Source: Catajapyx aquilonaris
Taxonomy: Eukaryota
Direction of reading: 5' to 3'
Assembly (NCBI GenBank): GCA_000934665.2
Contig: KZ538462.1
Coordinates: 48,640-68,639 of the forward strand
Length of the DNA stretch: 20,000 nucleotides
The translations under genes were made by a program, and so were the position numbers. The first letter of the stretch is position 1. Each line of letters begins with the position of its first letter. Shown in pieces: positions 1 through 10,881 of the stretch. The notes below the pieces were generated by a model, which worked only from the letters and a program-made list of their open reading frames with translations, was not told the origin of the DNA and did not search any database.

Positions 1-216
1 GTGCCATGTACATAATGGTCAATAATGTCGCAAAAAAGATATAAGAGCCTCTTCAAAATAAATGTAACATATATTACTAGAGTATTTCACTGGTACGTCT
101 CTTAGCAATTATTATTGGTTGCAAGCCACTTCCTAGAATTTATGTAAGTTTTGGCCCAGAGGATAGCTCACTTAACTGAATCAAAGCAGTCATGTATAAT
201 CAATTTGTACGTTTTC

Positions 217-965
217 TCACATGTGCACAGTTGCAGCTACACATGACCCGCTACCATGTTGCAAATGCACTTGCAAGTATGACCTTCGTGAGAAACATCG
301 CTTGCATGTGGAGCACTGGTACTTCTTCAGGTGTTCCTTGTTGTAATGACGGGTCACAGATGTTGGAAACTTGAAGCTCTTACAACACAGCTTGCAGAAG
401 TAGAGGCGTTCTGAGGTTGACCCACCCCAATCTTTGGGATCAGGGTTATTTTGCCCCGGCCCTGCCCCAGGCCCACCCTGGGACGGACGCTCAAGGTAGC
501 CTATGTAACTCTCACCGTGAAGAGGTGGGCGGCCACGAGGCTTTGGGTTGGGATTAGTTGGCCCGGGGAAGGACTGAGGCAAAAAGATACGCGGTGGCGC
601 AACATGAGTCTTTGGTATGTTCGGAACAGGGGCACCGAAGCCGTCACTTGTGGTCAAGTTCAATCCTGCATTGGATACGATGCTTGGGGCTGCACTTAGG
701 GCAGAATTAACTGCACTGTTCAAGACACCGGCAGGGCTGGAATTACTGGCAGAGATGGAACTAGTGCTTATGTTTGGGAAGACATTTTGCATCAAATGGC
801 TTGACTTGGCTGGCGATGTCAGCTCTATGACCGATCCCTGGCTGCTGGTTTCTTCCTCTTCTCCCATTTCCTCCTCTCCCTCCCTACCCTCCTCTTCCTC
901 CTCGACATCTTCAACTTTGATCAGGTGGCGTTCGTCCTCAGGATCCTCATCCTGAGCACCAATGC
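217..965 (-). CDS. alternative terminal exon 4: acidic tract, AT-hook, two zinc fingers (not FruA/B/C-like)
   Basis: Acceptor TTCCTCTTCCTCCCCGCAG|GC, phase 1, giving 249 open codons: GIGAQDEDPEDERHLIKVEDVEEEE...KPRGRPP...CKLC-x12-H-x4-H...CSTC-x12-H. Isoform about 563 aa if joined to the common exons. Confidence 0.8.
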
Positions 966-1351
966 CTGCGGGGAGGAAGAGGAAAAAACCAGCGTTAACT
1001 GATGCTTCTTACAGTTCCCCAAGAGAGTGCATATCACATGACTGACTTTGCAAAGCCCCTTACTACCCTCTTGATGCTGTTAGATTATTGTTAAATAATG
1101 CATGCTGGTTTTCTAGATGGAAGGCTTGTTACCAATAGATATGTAGTTTAAGGAGTCAATCATGTAAATTCCACGCCCTCAAGAATCTTACGACATCAGC
1201 ACAGCAACTGAGGAATTACTGCTTCTGTCAATCTGTTAAATGTGCCCAAAGATGCTGATGAAAATATTTGCAATGCAAGCATTATGGTTTGATGTAAGCA
1301 CATTTCCAGAGATTCATCGGAATGAGGAAATAATATCAAGTGGTCAATGTA

Positions 1352-1512
1352 CAGTCGGTTAAAGGAGTACGTTACCAGACCAGACCTAGAAATTAGCCTC
1401 CAACAGAGGTGCTGTCTAGGGGAGTGCGAGTTATTGCATCAGGGGGAAGCAGCACCTCTGTTGGAGGCTAATTTCTAGGTCTGGTCTGGTAACGTACTCC
1501 TTTAACCGACTG
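1352..1512. mobile_element. Tc1/mariner-type MITE (161 bp) with perfect 63-bp inverted arms
   Basis: TA|CAGTCGGTTAAAGG...CCTTTAACCGACTG|TA; arms 1352-1414 and 1450-1512 are exact reverse complements; TA on both sides. Confidence 0.85.
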
Positions 1513-1844
1513 TACTGTACCTTCTTTTTCATGTGTGGATGGGGCACACTATTAAACATTTCGAAGCTATCCCACTTTGTCAGTCATGAATTTGCAGAAC
1601 TTTTCTCAAGTAGGCCTAAGTACGTTCCATGCAGAAATGACAACAATCGACTCGAAAGAGGCTTACACATTCTTGTCTGCATTTCAGTAATGTGATAATC
1701 TGCTCAATGTTCCCCATCTCAATAGCATATTATAAAATATTCAATACTACCGGTACATAAAAAGGATATTTAAAAACTGCCACAAATAATAATTCAGTTG
1801 AATAACTTTTTAAAATTTCACGCCTACACAATCACATCATGGTA

Positions 1845-1922
1845 CAGTCAGCACGGAAAAGGTAACGACACATTGACGGTTCCAGAATCCTCAAAGTGTC
1901 CTTACCTTTTCCGTACCGACTG
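1845..1922. mobile_element. small Tc1/mariner-type MITE (78 bp)
   Basis: TA|CAGTCAGCACGGAAAAGGTAACGACAC...GTGTCCTTACCTTTTCCGTACCGACTG|TA; 27-bp TIR with 3 mismatches, TA TSD. Confidence 0.75.
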
Positions 1923-2843
1923 TACACTGAATGTCTCCCATTTCAAATGTTGCAAACCGAGGGGAGGGCAGGAGGAGGACACAGAAAATTTGTGCATCAT
2001 CACATTCGTCATTGAGTTGAATTGGAAAATGTACAGATTTTATTTGCAACAATCAATACAATGATTCAATGGGAAATGTCACGGTATATGTAATTCATGC
2101 CAACTTACCAACAATGAGGAGTCAATGCTATTCTCATTTCCCTTTGACTTCAAAACAACGAATACTTGATTGCAACATAAAAAAAATTACAGACTCCAAT
2201 ACCCTCTGACTTACGGACTAATCAAAGTCCACGCCTTTAGACTTCAAAATTCCTTCAATTCATAAGCAAGAGATAAATCAGGGCAGTGTAACAGCTATCA
2301 ACATATATGATCGTAAATGCAATAAAATTTCAAATGGTGTTTCTCTCATTCCCAGCACCAAAGCTTGTTGAACTTATTCACATCGAAATGACCACAATAA
2401 ATGCCTTAACACATGCAATATGTCACGCATGATGTCCATTAGCCGTAATAAGCAAATGATAGTTAATATTTAAAGCTGATACATATACATCTTAACAATT
2501 CTTTACACATGGACTTGGTAACATCTGATTTAAAAATATCTTGAGCACACAAGCTTATAACATTTTTTTCAAAAATGTCACGAGATTCTACAATATCTTC
2601 CCATTATGTCATTTCAGGAAATATTAGTTATCAATAAAGGTAAATTAATTTGAGCAAAACTTACGACATGAAATTCGGACTTATACATGACAGACATACT
2701 GTTGGATGAAAGGGCAACTTCAACAGTCAGAATACAGTTTAAAATGCAAATAGACTGGTCATGCAAACATTACAACAATGGAATTTTAATAACACGATTC
2801 AAAAGTTGATTATCATTGTTGTATTCTTGAGCAGCATGTGTAT

Positions 2844-2869
2844 AGTTGGATTGAAATTTCAATCCAACT
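2844..2869. repeat. perfect 26-bp palindrome
   Basis: AGTTGGATTGAAATTTCAATCCAACT equals its own reverse complement. Confidence 0.85.
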
Positions 2870-4077
2870 CGTGTACTGTATGGAGAGAAGGTACTGTAAA
2901 CATTTAATCAGTCTTAAACACTGTAATAGGTCGTAACATCATCCACAATGGAGACCTGCTCATCCAGAGTGAGATGAAGATCAAAAGAGGGAAAATACAT
3001 TTTTTAAACAACAAGATACACAGTAGGACCTTCACCAAACAAGAACCTGTCCTAGTGCCGAGATTTTAAAGCGCCTCACTGGGAGAAAGAAAAACGCTCG
3101 ACATATCGACATATCGATAGGCTCTTTACAGAAGAAAATGGCGGTGGTTAACATGTGTCACACTCTGAGCTCTATGTACAGTATGACTTTTTGTGCAGTT
3201 CTTTCAAAGCATTTTCAGGGCAATACCCTGGATTCAAAAGCACCCTGGAACTTGTATTATGGCTGGACTTTCTAAGTCCTTGTGAGTTTGATTTAGTTTG
3301 TGTGTGCCTCACTGATTCACATGGTCACCTATCAATTCCTAACAATTCCTGACAATTACTGCCATGGAACTGCTTTGGTTTGATGAGAACTACCAGTATG
3401 AATTTTTCTAACAACACAATTATCTGACTTCCATGGCTAGTTCACGAACACAGGACAACTACCTTGGTCATCCCAACTTGTCAATGTGAATTAAAGTGCC
3501 ACTTCACAGCCAATTATGGTGACTATTGCATGGACTAGCAATCGAAAAGAAAATATTCATTCAAAACCAATTTTACAACACTAAGAAAAAGAAGCTCCAA
3601 TTTACACGGGAGGACAAACATGACTCATGTCAATGTGACGTTAAAGTTAACCACATAATTTTTCCGAAACATTTCTGCCAATTTCTAGAGTGGCACATAA
3701 CAACTAGATGACCATTTCTCAACTTTCTTCTGACAACAGACAATCAAATAATCCAGCTGACACAAGACCTTTAGATCCCTCGACCAATTCAAATTCTTAT
3801 TATTTCACACCATACGCTTTTTAAATATGCAGAAGAACCCTGTTATTGAAGGATATAATTTTCAGCACCATAAGTTCCCATCAGAGACAGGTTTCACTGT
3901 ACTTTGGCATTTGAACTGGTTAAAACCTTGAAATGCAATTGGAATTTCAACAACAGACCAGTTAATACACTCAAATTACTACAGCTACAATAATGACATG
4001 GCAAAATACATAGCACTCTGCAGTGGCAGTTTACACGAAGAACTCTTTAGCACGTAACGAAGTGAAGAGAAGCATTC

Positions 4078-4406
4078 TTAGGAAAAAGCCCCCTCCCTGA
4101 CAATATCCCCCAAAGCAGCGTCTGCATCCAGAAACGCCTGCAGGACGGTCTGGTGCAAGAGGCCGCTCCCACCCCCTCTCTCTGGATTGGTGGTTCCAAT
4201 GAGCTCCTGCAGATGCTTGAGCTTGAGATGTGCCCTCAGGGAATCGCTGCGTGTGTAGGTAGCAGGGCACAGGGGACATCGGTGCCTGCCAGGGTTGTGC
4301 ACGTGATAATGGTTCCAGTGGTTGGACACCACTTTGCCACACAGTCTGCATCTGCGCAGGTGAGGATTACTGGCTACCTTTTCAAACATGGCTTTCACCC
4401 GGGGTC
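4078..4406 (-). CDS. fru: alternative terminal zinc-finger exon 3 (FruB-like C2H2 pair)
   Basis: Acceptor GATACTTACAG|GA, phase 1 and in frame. CRLCGKVVSNHWNHYHVHNPGRHRCPLCPATYTRSDSLRAHLKLKH versus recalled Fru CKLCGKVVTHIRNHYHVHFPGRFECPLCRATYTRSDNLRTHCKFKH. Isoform about 423 aa. Confidence 0.88.
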
Positions 4407-4901
4407 CTGTAAGTATCGGGTGGTAATGGAGGGGAGGTAATGGTGGAAGAGGCAATATTCATTTTTATATGCATATTAAATAGTGAGAAAAATACTGTCT
4501 GGAGTTAGATGAAAAGTTAACTTGTGTCCATTTTGAATGTCAGTTCTCAAGTTTGAATGGATGTAAGACAAAGTGTGATATATTTTCCAATACTAGAAGA
4601 GTACTGTACTTCAGGCAATAATATCAGGAATGCTAAGGCTGCAGTACACACTACATATTAATGTGTAAATGCCCAAATTGCAGTCAGTTAATATCAACTC
4701 CCACTCGGTTTGTAACTTGGTGAATTCTACTGCATGGCGTTCAGGACAGATAAAACGGCCGTATGCGCCATATTGTGTACTCACTACACAAAGCAAATGA
4801 AGATTTATGATTTCCTTGCATTTTGGATTGCTTAATGCTTGACTTGACCAGTGAGATATATTGCTGCTTTCAGGCTACACTCAAAACAACCTGATTGAAT
4901 G

Positions 4902-5320
4902 CAGGGGCGGATCCAGACTTTCGATTGGGGGTGGGGGGGTCATGCCATCATGGTCCTGTAGGAACGTTCTGTACCATACCGCAGACTTGGTGGCATTTGC
5001 GAGGCGGGGCGGAGGCATAAGTCGTACAGGGTGAATTTTTTGGTGGGTTCAAGGTCACACGAGCTTAGGTGAATGTGGGCAATTTTAATGGGTGTGTACA
5101 GTATTTGGTGAAATTGGTAGCACTTTTCCAAAAAGTCATGAATTAGCCATTTTTGCCGATTTTTGGATAATAGCCTAGATTTCTCTGGGGGGGNNNNNNN
5201 NNNNNNNNNNNNNNNNNNNNNNNNNNNNNNNNNNNNNNNNNNNNNNNNNNNNNNNNNNNNNNNNNNNNNNNNNNNNNNNNNNNNNNNNNNNCCCCCCCCC
5301 CCCCCCAGGATCCGCCCCTG
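4902..5320. mobile_element. non-autonomous hAT-type DNA transposon
   Basis: 13-bp TIR CAGGGGCGGATCC / GGATCCGCCCCTG; 8-bp TSD ATTGAATG (4894-4901) / GTTGAATG (5321-5328); subterminal G/C runs; contains the N gap. Confidence 0.8.
5194..5291. other. assembly gap (98 N)
   Basis: N run flanked by poly-G and poly-C. Confidence 0.99.
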
Positions 5321-7170
5321 GTTGAATGTGGTCTAACCTGTATCCAGCAATTCCATCTTTAGGAAAATGTTAACTCACATGAAATGTAATGCATGTCAGT
5401 CCCATGAAATTTGCATGAGAAATTGGTTGCACCATTGAAGGTAGATTGTCAACTTCCGAATTTTACCTTACCATTCATCTTTGGCAACAATGAATAAGGT
5501 AAAATCCTTGGTCACAATTTGCATTCATTCGTGCATCTTGGCGAAAGTACGATTTATACGTTGGTTTGGTTTATGTTTTTCTTTTAGATAAATGCATGAG
5601 ATGGTTTGCCACTTTGCTTTCTAATTGCTGGTGAGAATTTCTCTCCCTGATTTCACTGTGACTCATTACTAAGTTAGGTTTTAAGAATTTACTGGTAATG
5701 CTTTTTCTTCAGTTTCTAATAATTCTTTGACGATTTGCCACGAATTGTTTTGCATACTGACTTTCTCTACGAGAAGGCAAAATTTCCATTACTTCGAATT
5801 AATGGCAGAGTTTGTGTTATTACATGTCAGATATACGTGTTTTCCTTTATGTCGATTCCAAATTTCAACATAACGGCATCATGTAATGAGCACATACCTT
5901 GTTTCAGTACAAGTGGATGTGATATTATGTGTATGGCATGTCAAAAAGAAATTCCCAGGTACATGAAACGAATAGCACAAGTGCGCATCAAGGAGGGCTG
6001 GAACTGAACTTACAGGTCAATTCCACGTCCCTTGACAACGCAAGCGTCTTACAGTTAGGAAATGTTAGAAGATTGGAAAGTGGATTAAAGCCATGTTCTT
6101 GCCATGCTTACGTACAGAGGGGGCAGAATAGGTAGCCAAAATGCATAACAATGGAACCATTATCATGAACACCTGGATTTAAAAAGACATATGCACACAC
6201 CCATGCCAGAAAAGGAGAAAATGATGTGAAATAAATACGCCATATCCACACTTAAAAATTAATGCTGGCCTTTAATTAACTAAACCTTACACAAAATTGG
6301 GGTAGGGGGATAGAATCAGTATTACAATGGTACTATTACGTGATTGGCAAATTGGCATTCGCTCCCTGCTATTGTATCAGTAAAAAATCCAGTCTTCCCT
6401 GTGATGTATGTTTATAAAATTGCAATAGCATTTGCATCGTGCCAGTTTATCAACAAGATCTTAATCATAAATGCAAAAATTTGGCAAACAGCAAAATCAT
6501 ACTCTCTTAAATAAGCTTGAACTTGTTGCATAGCCAGGTTGTTCACTCACGGCTTTTACCAAATTTCTTCAACACATTGCGTTCAGTTGTGGAAGCAGAT
6601 CATTGCATTCCGTCTGCAGACTGAGGTCAAGTTATCACTAATGCAGCATGTGCTTACCAGTTCCCATTATACGGTGAAATATTGCAGTTAGCATTAGTCT
6701 TAAAAGCCACTCTACGTTCATTTTAAATTGCATAACAGTCAGCGACTGAACTGATTTATCCAAATAAGCAGTACTTACACGTAACTAATCGAGTGGCATT
6801 CATTTGCATGTAATGTCGTAACATTAACATGAAGGCATGTAAAAAATATATTCCAGCTATAGCGCTACCCATCCATTTGAGTGACTTGGGAGTATTAACT
6901 TGTTAGGTGACACGACTTGGGCTAGAAATGCATAAAGATGAGGTAATGTACAAATCATCCGAAGATCAATAGCAGCTATGCCAAACTCGCCAACCATCCC
7001 TTAATAATAATTTAAAAATTCATCTACACCTGACACTCTCTACACAAGATTACGCACGCCTCACTACACTAACTCCCATTTTTTAAAGTGCTTGGCCACA
7101 CACATTTGCAGTCAGTCTCCACCCAACTTCCCCCCCCGTTGTCGGACCACACTTTCCTTCACGACAACAC

Positions 7171-7418
7171 CTAAGCCGCGTGCTTGCACTTGTAGTGCTG
7201 CTTGAGCGAGTCCCTGCGCTTGAACACCGCGTGACAAATGCTGCATCGGCACATTTCAGGGTTGTGGTAGTTGTAGTGGTGCCAACGGTTGGTCACCTGC
7301 TTGCCGCATATCTGACACGAGAACAACCGTGATGCAGTTTGGACAAAGATGTTATATTTTGATACGCCTGGGGCAAAGGCCGTAAACTCTGGGCCACCGC
7401 CGCAGGCGGGGTATACAC
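7171..7418 (-). CDS. fru: alternative terminal zinc-finger exon 2 (FruA/C-like C2H2 pair)
   Basis: Acceptor TTTTCTTCCCTTGCAG|GT, phase 1 and in frame. CQICGKQVTNRWHHYNYH...CSICHAVFKRRDSLKQHYKCKH; the V[TS]NRWHH motif is characteristic of Fru fingers. Isoform about 396 aa. Confidence 0.87.
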
Positions 7419-10115
7419 CTGCAAGGGAAGAAAAGAGAGAACAGCTCAGTATATTTTGGGAGGACATTTGCAGTCAAACTCATTTACAAAATTTACCACC
7501 ACGACTCTTACACCTAACATGAATCCCTAGCGAGACCAAGCGAATTGTCAGCTCTCACAGATGCAACTCTCGTGTTGTTTCAGCATTGGGCTAGTTGAGC
7601 TACACTTTTACAAATGTAGGTCACATACTAGGCAATAATCTCCTGTCACGTAATCAAAGTGTGTCATGTTCTTGAATGTGGAATGTGTGCAAAATTTCCT
7701 TTTCGCTAATACTTTTACATTAAAATTTCATTATGTCTGTTACATTTTAATGCACAATTTAAACATTTTTCTTGCCGATAATCACACCACCTAGATTCAG
7801 TACCACAGATTATTCATTGACTTCAGAAGACCATCAAATTCCAATTGTGTGGAGCAATTTTAAAGATATGCTTTGCAGAGTTGTACTCCATTCTTGAGGT
7901 GTTAGCTAGCCGTAAGACCACATATTCAAACAAGGCTACATATTTGGAAAAAAAAAACATTAAAATTTTGGAAGCCCAATATGACACAAATTTTTTAGCA
8001 AGTGCACAAAATTTGCAGTTGTCATCTGGTGAAAAAAAAAATGTGGGTGTTTTTTTAACCAACATGGCAACAAAAGATATGTAACCCTCCCTCACACAAT
8101 ATGCAAGTACGAACCCTATGGTTTTCAGTACGACACAATAAAAGAAAACTGCCAGCGAATCACTGCAAATGTTTCCCAAAATATACATAGTTTGACACAT
8201 TTCCAACAGACATATTTATTATATATTTTATTCAATAATAAAAAGGAGTGATGTACATTACATCGTATATATATAATTCTGTATATATATTTATCTTTAA
8301 AAAAACCAAACCACTTCATCACCAGTAAAGCTTAAAAATGGAACTTGAACCCCCTCTTACCAACAAAAAAAGTTTACAAAGTTTGAAACAATGTAACAAG
8401 TATATACAAAATTCCCATAACATAAGCTATAATTATTATATTTATGTACTTTTAATGTCCTGTTCATGTACTGACTTAGTACATACGTATTGCAGTTTGT
8501 AGTTTAAAAAAAGGAATGCATCAAATCAATAGTAAATGCAACGTGTAAAAAGTGTCGCGTGTGAAGGTAGAAAAGACTAAAAAATATCTGCAAACTACGG
8601 AACAATTTTTGCAAGTGCAAAAAACTTGGAAGATATATAATTTGGTTAAAAAGGGCTAGACTAGGAAAAGGTAGGAGCATTTTTCTTCTTCTGTATTCAG
8701 CACCAAAGTGTAGCCGAATTATGAACATAATGCGTACGAGTGTGTGCATGTGTATGTAGACATATTTATACATACACGCACATGTAGATCATTTAAAGTA
8801 TATATATTTTAAAAAGTTGTACCTTGAGCCACTGGCAGGAAGTTGACAACTATTACCCGTTAATGACAAAACCTGGCTTTCAACACTTACACGTCTCTTA
8901 GCACCACCCCCAAAAAATTATATCATTAAAAATTGGGCCAGCTGAGTCAGCTCACTGGGTCGTCAGACTGAACAATGAATAAATATCTTTCCACTCTTAT
9001 TTACTCATGAGCTCTATTACAGCCCAATGGTCCTTAAAAACCTCCCTCATATATAATATAGTTATAATAATAAAGATACGCTCAATACAATAACAGTAAT
9101 AGTAAAGATATTTAAAAAAGCACCACAAGTGTGGGGTCCATAAAACGTAATGAAGACATACATTAACTTTTCCGAGCGTAACCTCAGAAAGCAGTAATTC
9201 AAGGAATGCTAGTTAACTTCCAAAGAGGTTTTTTTTTTGTAGAAACAATGACATTTTAAAAAGATCCCCACAATTGCACAAGACCGCTTATAAAAAACAT
9301 TTTTTTTCTCCCCCAATATCCTACACAACAATATTGAGTAATTATTAGATATATCCATATATATGAATTAAATATGCAAACAACAAATCACATTTAACAT
9401 AGTCAACAAGTTATCCAAAAAAATTAAATGAAAAACTTTGGTCCACCAGGTCCACCCCAAAAAACACCACAACTACATATAAAGCTTCATTGAGCATTAC
9501 TTTGGAAAATAATAAATTAATATAGTGTTAAAAACAGGGCTCCAAAATATTTGTTCCCATTCTAGGAATCGGCATGTAACCTTTTTCAAGGTTTCAGTTA
9601 CATGCTTCAAAATTAACACTTTCATTCCTACAATTATCACCACCACCACTTGCGGCAAGACGTAAAATGATTTCAACGCCAACTGGTAACATATATGAAC
9701 GTATTGCACAAGAAACAATCGTAAAACAATATTAAACAATAACAATTGCTCAACAACATCAATGTCTGCCAATTACAACAACATTGCTAAAAATCTTTCA
9801 ATAGGTAATTTGCGATTTTGAAATAATTTAAGGTATAAGAATGTGGTAACAACAGAATCTATGATGTCTTTTAAATATTATAGTGACCAAGAAAGAAATA
9901 GTGTTAAAATTGTCTAGTTGGAACCCTGTCCACACACTTAGCACATCTTTATGAAAAATTACCAATCAACACAACTACCCATACATTTCTCGTATTTATG
10001 TTGTATAAAAACTGGGTAAACATAACCTTTGGTATAACACAACTCCCATACAAAAAAAAACCAACCCAATCCCCTCCCCAATCTCTGGTGACACTATGAC
10101 CCCATATCTGTCGTC

Positions 10116-10121
10116 TTTATT
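10116..10121 (-). terminator. candidate polyadenylation signal for the ZF exon 1 isoform
   Basis: AATAAA on the minus strand about 470 nt downstream of the stop at 10589. Confidence 0.3.
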
Positions 10122-10588
10122 TTTTTCCATACTCCAAAACCATTTTTCGCAAATAGCCATTTTCCTTTGCTTTACCCGAAGGCATGCACAAAACTTTCCA
10201 ACAGTTTTCTATAGAAACCAACACACTCGTTGAAGGTAGTGTGTCAGATGAATCGCCTCTAATTGCCACGCCCTAAGCTGGTTTACGCATTCTCCTGCTT
10301 ATGAAACTGTACATGAAGCAAGTACAGTTAAAATATTAGCACCAAGTTAATGAGTATAAGCACCTTCAGGACTGCCATTCATTTTTTTCAGTTATATCAA
10401 CGGCATGCGCATCACATCATGAAATGTGCACTCGGCAGGTTACAACTCAATCGTTACAAGTGTTGAATTCCGCTTTGAGAATAATGTGGCTTATCGAATC
10501 TGGTTCGAGTCATTCCAATGAGAAACTGTTGCAAGAAGTTTGGTGCATGCCCCACACGGCAAAGCGCGTGTTCTCGTTTTCATTTGAG

Positions 10589-10881
10589 TCACCACTTGAG
10601 CTCGTCACCCCAACCCATGGCAGTGGCGATCACCCAGCACTTCCCAAACTTCATGTGCTGCTTGAGGTGATCCGGGCGGGTGTAAACCCGGTGGCAAACC
10701 CGGCACTTGAAGTGTCCCGGCGAGTGGTACAGGTAATGGTTGCGCTTGTTCTTTACCACCTTGTTACACAGCCTACACCGCTGGGCCGTGGGAGACACCC
10801 TCTCAAACATGTCTTTGTAGCTTGTCACCACGCCCGTGCCACTACCCTCAAAACTCTCCCTGTACCTTCCTATTTCGGCCC
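10589..10881 (-). CDS. fru: alternative terminal zinc-finger exon 1 (divergent FruB-like; C2H2 + C2HC)
   Basis: Acceptor TTTTCTCTCCCTTGCAG|GG, phase 1 and in frame. Encodes MFERVSPTAQR-CRLC-x9-HYLYH-SPGHFK-CRVC-x12-H-MKFGK-C; stop at 10589. Isoform about 411 aa. Confidence 0.85.

Noticed and set aside
7823..9772. ORFs in the AT-rich interval between ZF exons 1 and 2, checked for extra or antisense ZF cassettes
   Set aside because: No CxxC...HxxxH pattern in an open frame found by eye; composition is UTR/intron-like.
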